In this document: in pieces, positions 1-13,140 of the stretch
Layout: the number at the start of each line of letters is the position of its first letter
Numbering within the stretch: the first letter of the stretch is position 1
NCBI RefSeq assembly: GCF_006345805.1
Contig: NC_043012.1
Span: forward strand, 55,428,001-55,492,000
Reading direction: 5' to 3'
DNA: 64,000 nucleotides
Source of the DNA: Octopus sinensis
Taxonomy: Eukaryota
Program-made: the position numbers and the translations under genes
The notes under the pieces: model-generated
Databases searched by the model: none
What the model saw: the letters and a program-made list of their open reading frames with translations, nothing else
Told to the model about the DNA's origin: nothing

Positions 1-124
1 GTTTACTCAATCGATTGTAATTTGCAACGAGATATGCTTGGCTTCATATCAGAACTGGGATCTAGCCTTTACATCAAGCAATCTCGACACACAATCTCTC
101 ATACTCACATGGACTGATATACTG

Positions 125-125
<1 letters not shown>

Positions 126-176
<51 letters not shown>

Positions 177-618
177 ATGTGTGTGTGTGTGTGCATGTGT
201 GTGTGCGTGTGTGTGTGCGCGTGTGTGTGTGTGTGTCTCTGTGTGTGTATCTGTGTGTGTGTAGATGCACGGATGCATATATATACATATACATACATAC
301 GTATATACATCTCATAAATACATACAAATAGATATTATATGTGTATGTGTAAATACACGTATGTGTGTGTGCGTCTGTGTATGTATGCATATATGTATTC
401 ACATGTGGGTGTATATGTGTGTATGCATATATGTGTGTGTATGTGTGTGCGCGCGTGTGTGTGTAAGTACGTATGTATGTATGTATTTATATATATACCT
501 ATGTATGTGTATTTGTATGACTACATACATAATGCATTCGCATACATGCAGTTTACTCGCCTGTGTGTGTATACACATGTATTCACATGTCTACATGCAA
601 ATGTATATGTGTGTATGC

Positions 619-654
<36 letters not shown>

Positions 655-1140
655 ATGTGTGTGTGTGTGTGCCTGTGTGCGTGTGTTTGTGTGTATAGAT
701 GCACAGATACATATATGCATACATGCATACATATATACATCTCATACATAAATACAAATAGATACCATATGGGTATGCATATCTGTGTGCGTCCGTCTGT
801 GTGTGTATACACATATGTATTCACATGTCTACATGTAAATGTATATGTGTGTATGCATATATATGTGTGTATATGTGTGTGCGTGTGTGTGTGTGTGTGT
901 GTGTTGTGTGTGTATGTATGTATGTATTTATATATATACCTATGCATGTGTATTTGTATAAATACATGCATAATGCATTCGCATAGATACGCAATCAATC
1001 TCGCACTCACCGATGTAAACATCCCTACGTGCTCTACACTACTCACAAATAACTACATCTACTCACAGTTTACTCGCCCACATATATATGCATATATATG
1101 TGTGCGTGTGCGAGTGTGTGTATGTATGTATGTGTATTTG
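126..1140. repeat. Compound (TG)n/(TATG)n/(TA)n microsatellite with higher-order internal duplications
   Basis: Dinucleotide and tetranucleotide runs; unique spacers recur (tagatgcac at 262 and 696; cacatgtctacatg near 583 and 823). Confidence 0.9.
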
Positions 1141-1398
1141 TAGCGGGGAGCGTATGCGTATGCATTACTGCTATAGAACATTAAATCTTAGCCAACAGTG
1201 CACAGTTGCCAACAATAAGCAGTTTTAAAAGTGATGTGTTCATATACCCAAACAGAAAGGACAGCTGAACTAGTTTTCAATTGCTGTTGGGATTTCTTCT
1301 GTAGCTGAGTACTCTCTTAAACTATCCACAGAAATGCTGCTTGTAAACCCAGTATTACTATAGGCTCAATGTAAATCAGATACATTTGCAAATATATA

Positions 1399-1964
1399 TT
1401 GGGTTGTCCGGAAAGTTCGTGCCGATTTTTAAAGGAAAGGAAAAGGTCAATAAATACTTGCCATTACATTTTTAATCAACCAAATATGAACCATTTTGTT
1501 GCACAATGCGTCTCCATCTTTCCTTTAACTTGAAAATACCCACTTCCCAGAATTGAGGTGGTTTCATGGCAAAGAATTCATCAAGGTAACTTTTTATGTC
1601 ATCTAAGGAATTGAAATTTTTACCATTAAGACTATTCTGCAGAGACCTGAATAAGTGGAAATCCGAAGGAGCAATATCTGGTGAATATGGAGGGTGAGGT
1701 AACACATCCCAGCCGAGCTGCAGCAATTTTTGTGTGGTTCCCAAAGCATCAAGTGCCGAAAATGAACTTTCTTATCTTCCATTTTAAAGGGTTACAGAAT
1801 TGACACAGGTTATAGGAACATAAACCTTCTTCCATGAAAAGATAGCTTAAACTATGCTCTAAATGGAGGTGGAGTCAAATTCTATTTTATGGACTCAACC
1901 ATGTTGTAAAATAAGTCGAAAGGTAAGCTACTATAAATCGGCACGAACTTTCCGGACAACCCAA
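1399..1964 (-). mobile_element. Non-autonomous mariner (internally deleted), complete ends
   Basis: Perfect 30-bp TIRs (TTGGGTTGTCCGGAAAGTTCGTGCCGATTT at 1399-1428 and its complement at 1935-1964); TA on both flanks; transposase N-terminus MEDKKVHFRHLMLWE fused to C-terminus. Confidence 0.95.
1472..1744 (-). pseudogene. Mariner transposase C-terminal fragment
   Basis: WDVLPHPPYSPDIAPSDFHLFRSLQN contains the mariner YSPDLAPSD motif; most of the DDD catalytic region is deleted. Confidence 0.93.
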
Positions 1965-2204
1965 TATAACGCGTTCTTTGCAGCTTATTCGATTAATTAT
2001 TGGTGCGTTGACCGTGTATTTGTTTCTATGCTTATGCACTGCTGCAGAATATATCTATAGATTTTTTTTGTCAGCATTGCATGAATAGACAGATGTAATC
2101 ACGTTGTCTTTCAAAACAACATTTTGTGGTCAGAAAAAGAGGGATTGTCTAGACAACTTTCAATCTTCTACTGGGTTTTGTCAACGCCCGACTAAGTATA
2201 GATT

Positions 2205-2275
2205 GGCAGAATCGTTAGAATGATATTCAGTTACGGCACCTTACATTCTGAGTTCAAATCCCGCCAAGATCAACA
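2205..2275 (+). mobile_element. Degenerate fragment of SINE family A
   Basis: ttggcagaatcgttag...ttctgagttcaaatcccgcc matches the head of family-A copies elsewhere in the window. Confidence 0.55.
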
Positions 2276-3139
2276 TACTGTCTTATATGCAACAGAAGCA
2301 GTTGTAAATTAAAATAGTCATCTATGTATCATACTAAATGTAAACACATCGTTGAAAGACATATTTCCTGCGCTATTCGTCTTGTATTTATAGACACAAT
2401 ATTTGTCAGAGTGAGACAAAGTTTATCCCAACTGTGGCTAGCGAAAACGCCAGATGCATTTCGGCCGCGTTGTGCTTTGTCGATGATGCGTACTCACGGA
2501 TATCCGCATGCTTAGACGAGATTTGTCACCTCCGATACATAAGAAAACAATAAAAACCATTCACTGATAGTGCGAATAATTGCCTGACTGAATAAAAACC
2601 CGTTATATGCAATAGAAGCAGTAGTAAATTAAAATAGTCATCTACGTATCATATTTAACGTTAATACATCGTTGAAAGGCAAATTCACTGCAGTATTCGT
2701 CCGGAGATAACATCTCTTATGTTTAAAACTAACCGGTTGTTTGTAATATATGCATAATCCTCTCCCATGTCTGACATTAATTCATAAATATATATGATAA
2801 TACTCTTGTTACATCAAATGTGCATGATACTCCTCCAGTTTTACCCAGCTCTCACGTTACATAATCATTTATGACATATCTCTCCTTACCACCTTTTTGA
2901 CGTTACATACTACATGTATGGCCATTCAAATTATATCTCCCTCACCTTTTCCTCATAAATGTACGACTCATCTCAGCAAAAAAAGATGTCTAATTCTTAA
3001 AATGTTCACCCTTTTCTTTTTAAATGCCATTGTGCGATCTAAGGAAGATTTAGCAGGTATTTCTAGCAGGCCGAACGACATCATAGAGTCTCCCTATTTA
3101 GCTTATTGCAATGGGGTTTAATGTTAATGTTTGCATTTT

Positions 3140-3815
3140 GAAGAGGTCTGTTGTGGATTCTTCCTTTTCGCCTTCGGCCCAATGCGTCCATGCTGGCAAC
3201 AAAACACGCGGAGTTCTGTTTTTGATTCGAAAGTCATTCGGAATGCTCACAGCAGCCATATTCCTACCGCTCTATGTCACGCTGGTGAGACCCATATTGG
3301 AGTACGGGATTCAGGCCTCTTCTCCTTATCTCCTCAAAGACATACAGCATCTCGGAAGCGTCCAGACGCGGGCTACCCGCATGGTTCTTGATCTCAAGCA
3401 TTTGTCTTATGAAGAAAGGCTGAAGACGCTCGACCTTTATTCTCTCGAAAAATGACGACGCCGTGGTGATCTCATTCTCGCTCACAACATCATAAGCGGA
3501 AAGTGTAACCTCTCGAAAGAGCTGTTCTTCACTCCTGGTCCAGAGCATGGGCTGCGGTGTCACTCCGAAAAGCTCTATCTACGACGATTTCATCTCAATC
3601 GATGGAGGGGGGCTTTCTCCGTCCGGGTTGCGGATCCGTGGAATAAGCTGCCGGACGAGATAGTGAAGATGCCGACGACCGCTCGGTTCAAAGTCTCTCT
3701 TAAGCAGAAATGGCCTGAACTCTTTGTATGACCACCCTCCCTGTACATAACTCCCTGCCCCCCTACATAGCCTTGCATTTGCTTTTTGAGCCAATAAAAA
3801 TTGAATTGAAAAAAA
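3140..3815 (+). mobile_element. CR1/L2-type LINE, 5'-truncated 3' end
   Basis: LYVTLVRPILEYG, SYEERLKTLDLYSLEK*RRRGDL and FSVRVADPWNKLP are typical RT C-terminal motifs; internal TGA at 3453-3455 is consistent with CGA>TGA decay; A-rich tail near 3793-3815. Confidence 0.88.
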
Positions 3816-4347
3816 TTTTCCATCAATATTTCTTGTGTTGAAATATGCTATGTTTCGTGCTTACCGCCCCTGAGCAATCTTCTCCACAAATAGTAATCTG
3901 TGTTGTTTTAGCAAGATTATCATGGCGTCTGAGAAGGTAATACCTTGATATTTCTGCTCAGCTGCTGATTATAATGCATAACGTCTATTATAGAAATGTC
4001 ACACAATCGACATTTTCAGTCGCATCTTGACACTTAAGGGCTTCTCTATCTGTTTTGTTCATCAGACGTGTTTTGTAATTATCTCTCGCACTTGGATTCT
4101 GAAAAAACCATAACTTTGGAAATGTCACGTGATGCAGCGATCACGAGCTTGAAAGAGATTACACTATCTTTCAATGTTAACGTTATTGTCAGTTTTATAT
4201 TGGATATTAATATGTATGTTTTTAGTTTTGTTTGTTTGTTTATTTGTTTTCTAGTCGGCTTCCAAGCCAGAAACAAAACACTTTCATACGAATTTAGATA
4301 TAGTCATACATGTATAAATCTGCAAATGTTTGTATGAATCTGCACAA

Positions 4348-4575
4348 GTATGTATGTATGTATGCATGTATGTATGTATGTGTGTATGTATGTGTGTGTG
4401 TGTGTATGTATGTATGTGTGTGTATGTATGTGTGTGTATGTATGTATGTATGTTTGTATGTATGCATGTATGTATGTATGTATGTATGTATGTATGTATG
4501 TATGTATGTGTGCATGTATGTATGTATGTATGTATGCATGTATGTATGTATGTATGTATGTATGTATGTATGTAT
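4348..4575. repeat. (TATG)n/(TG)n microsatellite
   Basis: Direct tandem repeats. Confidence 0.97.
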
Positions 4576-5884
4576 CCATGTTATCTTCTATTTTTAATTC
4601 TTCGAAATCTTCCTTTAAGGAAGAAGCTGGTTTCTAACAAAGATACAAACTCAATCGTTGGAATTTAGATAATCAAATCAATGAGATATTTTGAACTTGA
4701 GAAAAGTCTCGCATATTTTTACTGTTCCGCTTACAGATTGCATGCATAATGCGTATGTTAGCTGGTTCATCTCTTTCTGAAACCCCATCTTATCCAGACT
4801 GTCACTTGGGTATTTTCTAACGAAACAAAGTACACCAATTACTATTGGTATAGAAGCTGGAGGTTTCAAAGCAGTTGTTCGTAGTTATGCTCTTCCTCTT
4901 TGAATTTTGAAAAAATATTCACATCAGCAGGGTAGTTAGCTTCTATGGCAGTACGACACTGACTATTTTGAGAATAACTTGGTTGTTTAAGGAAAGATGA
5001 GAAAAACGATTAATTGCAGAAATTTTCTTTGGAGTTGATACAAACATTATCACATCAAAGTACTTTAACACTTAACCGAAGTACTTTAATATTGATAATA
5101 TATAACGAATCTAGGAACTAACTATGTGATTGATCAGCTTCCTCTTCAGACGAATCAGATTTGAATGATTACTATGCATATAATTACATTCGTTCCCTCC
5201 ATATACTAAGCTACGAAAACGTGATAATTTAGATAAAAGCTTCATAAAAATTCATATTCTAGGCATTCGTGAAATATTTTAAATAGTTTTTTCTATATTT
5301 TATTTTTATTTTTAGAAACATAAAAGCTTTTTCGGAATTTTAAAGATTTTAATCCAATCATAAGCCAAAGCTTATTTGAAAATGTCGACATTTTGAAAAG
5401 TAGACCTTGTATGATCATTTTGTTCAAATAGTTTCCTGATCCTTTATTTCCTTTATTACCTTTTCTGTAGATGCCTAACTGAACAGATTCAAATCTTTTT
5501 CATTCATTTAGAAATTGCACAAATGTGTTTTTTTTTCTTCTTTTGTTATGGTTTTGGAGGGAAATGCATCTTCTGTGTCTTCTGTAAGTCACAATTATCT
5601 TCCTAACACTTTCGGCTTCACTGATTCGTTGAAACCTGATGGTTGATGAAAGTCGCTGCAAAATAAATACATACGAACCAAAAGAAAGGAATAAAAAATG
5701 CTTTGTTACATTTTAAATTTACAATAAGACTCATTTTGTAAATGTTTGTTCTATTTCTAGTTTGCTATTCATGAATTTTTTTTTTTCGACATTGTATATA
5801 TTTGGCAAATGACTTCACATACGAAATGGTGTGCTGAAAATAAAGCAATTTACGTCATGGAAGAATCAAGATATGATTTTAAAT

Positions 5885-5970
<86 letters not shown>
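5885..5970. repeat. (CA)n microsatellite
   Basis: Pure CA run. Confidence 0.98.
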
Positions 5971-5972
<2 letters not shown>

Positions 5973-6169
5973 CTATACCTATCACTAATAATATAAAATA
6001 GAATTTTCTGCAATTCGATATATATAATTTTTTAATAGTGACAGTCCCGTTGGTAAAGAGCTTAGCTGGTACCGTCTCTAATCGGCATTAAGGATATGTA
6101 TTTCAAATAGGGCATAACTACATTTCAGTGCTCCAATACTCGACTTTGTGTCTTCAATAATATATTAAT

Positions 6170-6728
6170 TCTTTTTGTATTTCATCCACTGGACTGCGCC
6201 ATTCTGGGGCACCGCCTTGAAGGGTTTAGTCGAAAACAATCGACCCCAACACATGTTTTAAATCTCGTGCTTATTCTCGTGCTCTCCTTTGCTGAATCGC
6301 TATGTCATGGGAGACGTAAACAAACCAACACTAGTTATTGTCAAGTGGTGGCTGGGAAGCAAACACAAAGACAAAGACACACACACACACACATACATAC
6401 ATACATACATACATACATACATACATACATTACATACATACATACATACATACATGCATACATACATACACAGATATATACATACATACATGCATACATG
6501 CATGCATACATACATACATACATACATACATACATACATACATACATACATACATACATACACGACTGGCCCCCACACAATTTCCGTCTACCAAATTCGT
6601 TCTCAAAGTATTTATCGATCCGGAGCTATAGTAAAAGGCACTTGCCCAAGGTGCCGCGCAGTGGAACTGAACCCGAAAGCACATGGCTGCAAAGTGAGCT
6701 TCCTAACCATACAGCTATGCCTGCGCCT
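6170..6728 (-). mobile_element. tRNA-derived CORE-like SINE (family B) with internal (TATG)n expansion
   Basis: A/B-box-like head (tggttagg...ggttcagttcc), core-like ggcaccttgggcaagtg, tail ggcggtgccccag; many homologous copies in the window. Confidence 0.8.
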
Positions 6729-7439
6729 ATAATAACGTATTTTTTCTTTAACGTAAGTTTAAAAACTTACGTTATATTTTCGCAGATGTAAATTACGATT
6801 ATAATTTCATTATTATAATTACCAATGTCGTGACTTAGGATTAGTCTGATTCCTTGTAATCTATGGACTTCTTTTCGTTCTGAATAAAATAAAATAAAAT
6901 AAAATAAAATAAAATAAATGAAATAGAGGCTTTTTAATTTTTTTTAATGTCGTCAGCATAATCATAATCGACACATTTGAAAGCGTATCTCTGAAAAATT
7001 TCGTTAAAAAATATGCTTAAATTAAAAATTTGTGAGTAAACAAATTTTAGGAGTATTAAGCCGTAGTTTACATATTTTCAGTGGCTACTTCGACTCTTCT
7101 ATGATGTAATTATTTGAATTATCTTCGTTCTTAAATTATAAAAGTCAATTGTATTTGCGGAACGTTTTGGATTAGTAGTTTTCTGTAACAGTTTTAATCT
7201 AATATTTGTGCAGTAACTATATATTTGCTTTTCCGACATTTAAATATTAAACAAACTTTGCGACTATTTACATGTTATTGTTTCATCGAAGTAAGTACGA
7301 AGCTGTTTGGCTATTTCGAAATTGAGGTTTCGTTGGATAGAAAACCACTGTTTGGAGGCCATTTTCCAACGAAATATATAGATAACTTGCAGGATAGCAC
7401 GGCTTTGCTCGGGATTAAGTTAGGATTATTAAGCTAATC

Positions 7440-7842
7440 AAGCTCTTTATTTCAAACCAAACTAAATGACATGTCAAATTTGAGCGAAATCCGTTGAAAT
7501 TGGTCAACTTTTGGCTGAAAATGTGTTGAAAGCACCACCCCCATCATCTAATCTCCCTTTGCCCACGGGTTGGGAACCCTTCCAGCAAGAAAAATAGAAC
7601 GCTCAAAAGGGCTCCACATCCTCTGTGTCAGAAGCGGTTATGTTTGCAAATAATGGTGGATTTCTCCGACTTGAAAATTGTTAGAAGTTATGGTTCAAAA
7701 TTATTTTTACCACTATTCGCTGGTTCCTCGCGGGGAAATAATTTGACGAAAATACAGCTAGGGTCGTGACGAAAGTCCTAAAATTTGAGCGACATGCGTT
7801 CTAATTTGTGGACGTGCATAAATTACATTCACGTACATACAC

Positions 7843-7916
<74 letters not shown>

Positions 7917-7940
7917 CCTGCCTTTTATATATATACAGAT
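7440..7940 (+). mobile_element. Helitron/Helentron-type non-autonomous element (HINE-like), 3' part; 5' boundary uncertain
   Basis: (CA)n followed by ttttatatatatacagat at the 3' end; homologous reverse copy at 17253-17462. Confidence 0.5.
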
Positions 7941-8039
7941 AGAAAGACGTCAGGATCTGTATAAAGAACATAGAATAAAAATGTTGCTTTAATTTGAAGA
8001 AATGTTATTAATGATCAGTCTACATTAAGTATGACCACA

Positions 8040-8165
8040 TTAAGAACCACGTAGTTTGGGGCTTAGTCCCATTGCGTTGCACTTTGCGAAAGTATCTTGT
8101 ATTGCGGCCTTGAGTCGACCAATGCCTTGCGAATTTGGTAGAAGGAAACTGTGTGAAAGCCTGCC
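8040..8165 (+). mobile_element. SINE family B, degenerate 5' half
   Basis: ttagtcccattgcgttgcactttgcgaaagtatc...ggtagaaggaaactg matches the family-B 5' half. Confidence 0.65.
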
Positions 8166-8266
8166 ATGTATATATATATCTACATACATACATGCATACA
8201 TACATACATACATACATACATACATACATACTTACATACATACATACATACATACATGCATATATA

Positions 8267-8320
<54 letters not shown>

Positions 8321-8328
8321 ATATAATA

Positions 8329-8364
<36 letters not shown>

Positions 8365-8615
8365 TGTATGTATGTATGTATGTATGTATGTATATGTGAG
8401 AGATATAGAGTAGAGATGGGTGTTCTCTATATAGAATACATTTCGAAGTGCTCTAGAGATTTGAACTTGAGCTGGTAGATGAGTAAATGTAATGACAAGC
8501 AAGTTAGGCAAATCGATTAACACAGAATATTAAATACATTTAATAGAAAAAAAATGTCCATGTGTATGGATATAAAATAATCGACTTACAGAATATGATA
8601 TCAGGAATTTTGGAA

Positions 8616-8704
8616 GTTCAACAGCTGTTTCTAGTGGTTTGGAAGTCCGGAATAATGATAGTTACTTGGATCCATTATTGGATAACACCTCCATCTTCAG
8701 GGGA
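8616..8704 (-). ncRNA. Degenerate type-I hammerhead ribozyme motif
   Basis: CTGAAGA ... GAAAC-AGCT-GTT on the minus strand; helix I poorly paired. Confidence 0.55.
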
Positions 8705-8765
8705 TAATTTTACATTAGAGAGTTTTTTATATTTGAGGTGGCGACACGAGTGTTTCGTTAAAATT

Positions 8766-8858
8766 ATCACTTGAAGACGGAGGTGGTATTATCCAATAAT
8801 GGATCCAAATAACTGTCATTATTCGGGACAACCAAGCCCCCAGAAACAGCTGTTGGAT
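8766..8858 (+). ncRNA. Degenerate type-I hammerhead ribozyme motif
   Basis: TTGAAGA ... GAAAC-AGCT-GTT-ggat; C3 mutated. Confidence 0.5.
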
Positions 8859-9278
8859 TCCTAAAACTCTACCCATTTAACTCTTGATATTATTTATATT
8901 CTGTAAGTCGGACTATTTTATATCCATACACATGTACATTTTTTTCTATTAGATGTATTTAATATTCTGTGTAAATCGAGTTGCCTAACTAGCTTGTCAT
9001 TAGATTTACTCATATGTGTGTGTGTGCATGTATCTTCTTTTATTTTTATCTTTTACTTGTTTCAGTCATCTGACTGTGGCCATGCTGGAGCACCGCCTTT
9101 AGTCGAGCAAATCGACCACAGGGCTTATTTTTTGTAAGCCTAGTACTTATTTAATCGAACTCTTTTGCAGAACCGCTGAGTTACGGGGACGTAAACACAC
9201 CAGCATTGGTTGTCAAGCGATGTTGAGGGGACAAAGACAGACACACAAACATAGACACACACACACACACACACACAC

Positions 9279-9327
<49 letters not shown>

Positions 9328-9333
<6 letters not shown>

Positions 9334-9955
9334 TAATATTAGGGAATAAATCAAATTTACAGGGAAAAAAATCAGATTAGGATTAAATCCAATTTTATAG
9401 TAAAATATTATAAATATTATTAGAGACAAAACCACTATTTTGCAAAACACAACAAGGAAAGACTTAATCAATACATAAAATTTTAATAAATAGTCAAAAA
9501 AACCGCCACTACAATTGTTTTGGTCTTGATCGACAATCTTCAGGTGGACTTCCAATCTAAAATATCAATATTTTAAAATATAAAAATAATATTTTAAAAT
9601 AATTAAAGTATGAATGAAAAAATATAATATATATCCATCATATATAACCTATATATAATCCATATATAATCAATATATAAACAATATATAAACTAAAAAA
9701 ACCTATCAACAATTAATATTAAAATATAAAATATAAAATATAAAATATAAAAACAAACAAAAAAATAATAATAATATAATAATAAACTATAATACACCCA
9801 TACACATATACCTAATTATATATAACCATATCTAACTACATACACTAAATCACACCCCTATATATATATCCCTATACATACACATAAAAATGTCTAGGCA
9901 ACTATAAATAAATAAAATAGCTAAATACTTCAACACAATACTTATTCATACTCCC
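9328..9955 (-). mobile_element. AT-rich PLE-type terminal repeat (pLTR) fragment
   Basis: Contains an HHR motif at 9506-9547; 3' end abuts (TA)n at 9284-9327; terminus resembles 17977-18010. Confidence 0.6.
9506..9547 (-). ncRNA. Degenerate minimal hammerhead ribozyme
   Basis: ccac-CTGAAGA-t-tgtc-gatcaa-gacc-AAAAC-AATT-GTA-gtgg: helix I ccac/gtgg perfect, palindromic AATT loop, G12 mutated to A. Confidence 0.7.
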
Positions 9956-10170
9956 ACACACATATATATATACATATATATATAAACGACGGCCTTCTTT
10001 CAGTTTCCATCTACCAAATCCACTCACAAGGCTTTGGACGGCCCAAGGCTACAGTAGAAGACAATAGCCCAAGGTGCCACGCAGTGGGACTGACCCCCGA
10101 AACCATGTAGTCGGTATGCAAGCTACTTACCACACTGCCACTCCTGCGCCTATGTTCATTTCAAACTTCA

Positions 10171-10204
<34 letters not shown>

Positions 10205-10206
<2 letters not shown>

Positions 10207-10376
10207 CCACCGCTTGAATACCGGTGTTGGTGTGTTAACGTCCCCGTAACCTATAGAAGAACTACCAGGCATTTAAAAAAATTGTAAGTACAAGGATCGA
10301 TTCATTCGACAGAAAATTCTTCAAGGCGGTGCCCCAGCATGGCCACAGTCTAATGACTGTAACAAGTAAAAGATAA
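10205..10376 (+). mobile_element. SINE family B, 3' half
   Basis: ggtgtgttaacgtccccgtaac...ggcggtgccccagcatggccacagtc. Confidence 0.75.
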
Positions 10377-10916
10377 ATATAAAACAAATAAAGAAAAACG
10401 AAAAATTGCATTATCTACTGTGTCTTTTCTCTTGCGTAATGGCTAAGAGAAGAAATCGCCGCCATCTTGTTCCGCTGCTCTGGCGGAAATTCACATACTA
10501 TTTATCAGCGCTAATGTGCGTTTTACAAATAATGGAAGATCCGTGAACAACAAAATAAAAATAAAACGTTTCCTAGTGGACTTTGAGAAACATAAAATCA
10601 CACCGTCCATTCACTTAGCCATTTTACCATTCCATCCTGACTCGCTTCCGCTCTTGTACTACCAGAAAAGAAAAAAAGGATTTATCTCCGCCTAGATTCC
10701 TTTTCTTATTTTGTTTTTCTTTATAGACGGGTGTAATTATATCTTGCATTAATACTTGCCTTTATCTTAAATGGTTGTACGTGGTTTGAGGAAGATTTGG
10801 CTGTTGCTTCTAGAAGAAACTACTCGACAACGTGTATTATCTTTATTTTTCAATTTCTGTTATAAACTTGGTTGTATGTAGTTCTGAATTTGTGTGTGTG
10901 TGTGTGTGTGTGTGTG

Positions 10917-10955
<39 letters not shown>

Positions 10956-10961
10956 TGTACA

Positions 10962-11004
<43 letters not shown>

Positions 11005-11019
11005 GTGTGTGTGTCCTTG

Positions 11020-11235
11020 TGTTTGCGTTTGTCCCCCACCACCGCTTGATAACCGGTGCTGGTGTATTTACGTCCCCGAAACTTAGCGGTGCAGCAAAAG
11101 TGACTAAGAGAATAAGTACTGGGCTTAAAAATAAGTCCTGGAGTCGATTTGTTCAACTAAAACCCTTCAAGGGGCTGCTTCAACATTGCCGCAGTCAAAT
11201 GACTGAAACAAATAAAAGAATAGACAAATAAAAGA
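11020..11235 (+). mobile_element. SINE family B, 3' half
   Basis: gataaccggtgctggtg...gaataagtactgg...aatgactgaaacaaataaaagaat. Confidence 0.78.
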
Positions 11236-11246
11236 ATATATACACT

Positions 11247-11365
<119 letters not shown>

Positions 11366-11967
11366 GTAGAAATATATACGTCACTAAAGTGAACAAGGGG
11401 ACACTAATAAGCAACAGTTTTGCTAGAAATAAGAGTCAAAACGAATCAAAACAACTCAGTACCCACCAAAAGCACTTAATGAGCTGAAAATGGAGTCAAG
11501 CTCATTATTGTCGCAGATACATCCAGATGATTTACGGTGCGCATGTGTGTGTATGAGTTTGTATATATAAGCATATACATTTGGCGAAAAATGCGAGTGA
11601 AGATGTGTGCGTTTTCATAGTGATGTATACGTACGCACGTGTGTACGTATGAATAGGCATGCTTACGTGTTTACTATGAACTTTTAACCTTATCTTAATT
11701 AGCGGTCATTCGAATTAGCACTTTTGTATAAGTAGCGGACTATAACACAGTAATTTCCCTTTGTATAACAGTCGTTTTTCATAACATTTTTCAGATGGCC
11801 AGATAACCGAAGAAGATGGTGGTGCGGATTTCCACCTCGGCATCCGAAACTCAGAGTTTTATCTTGGCTACCGAATAATTGTCACATATTATTTTACAGA
11901 TAAATTTTCTCTATTACATAATATTGAGGTCTCTTTCTTTCTTTTGTTATCTTACCGTTTTACCAAT

Positions 11968-11970
11968 ATA

Positions 11971-12006
<36 letters not shown>

Positions 12007-12096
12007 ATATACATATATATACACACATATATATATACATATATATACACACATATATATATACATATACACATACAGACAGAAAGACAAACAAAC

Positions 12097-12132
<36 letters not shown>

Positions 12133-12144
12133 GATTGATTGATT

Positions 12145-12211
<67 letters not shown>

Positions 12212-12330
12212 TGATTGATTGATAGATAGATTGATTGATTGATTGATAAATAGATAGATCCAGCGTATTTATTCCTCGCCTTAATTTTAGCTTTATCAGT
12301 GGTGAATATACATATACATACATACATACG

Positions 12331-12377
<47 letters not shown>

Positions 12378-12393
12378 CATATATAATATATAC

Positions 12394-12489
<96 letters not shown>

Positions 12490-12566
12490 ATATATAAATA
12501 TATATATATACTCACACACACATACATACATACATACATATTATATATATACATATGTGTGTGTGG

Positions 12567-12622
<56 letters not shown>

Positions 12623-12650
12623 TGTGTGTGTGTGTGTTTGTGGTGTGTGT
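11968..12650. repeat. Compound (TA)n/(GATA)n/(GATT)n/(TG)n microsatellite
   Basis: Tandem runs. Confidence 0.95.
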
Positions 12651-13140
12651 AATGAATCTATTTAATAATGTCTTCCATCTCTGAAACTTCCTGCTTTAAT
12701 AATTTCTCACGTAACTAATCAATTTATTTAGTTCAGTTATATGTGATCTAAGCCTTTCTAACCAGTCTCATATCGATCTCATAAAACCATATCCTATATC
12801 TTTCTTTTACCTCATTATCCTAACCTTTATCAATGTATTTTTTTTTCTTATCCTATTAATGGCACCATTCTAATATATAGTAGTAAGCTACCGCCTCTTT
12901 GAACCTTTCCGCCGCTCTCTCTAACTTCTTATCTCTCCATCTTTTCTACATATATAAAACAAATTAGATGGTTCCTGGCCTGTTATTATTTCTGGCTCTG
13001 GCTGTTTACAATAGATTCAATGTTGGAGAACTAATAAGACAGTCTTAAATGAATTTCTTATAGCGTGACAACCTACTATTTATGGTTTATTACTTAACTC
13101 TTCTATTACCCTTCTCTCTTTATTATATTTAATAGTCTCG

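Larger units (their letters stand above)
8513..8978. mobile_element. Foldback of two inverted PLE-type terminal-repeat fragments, each with a degenerate HHR
   Basis: Arms ~8513-8712 and ~8759-8978 are reverse complements (e.g. ggatccattattggataa / ttatccaataatggatcc). Confidence 0.75.
9045..10152 (-). mobile_element. SINE family B split by a nested insertion in its internal (TA)n
   Basis: 3' half at ~9045-9290 and 5' half at ~9985-10152 are collinear with intact copies such as 54058-54460. Confidence 0.85.

Noticed and set aside
4678-5000. Minus-strand ORF KPPASIPIVIGVLCFVRKY... and neighbouring exon-like pieces near 4000-4130 and 5461-5666
   Set aside because: No recognisable domain, and candidate splice pairs enclose stops in every frame.
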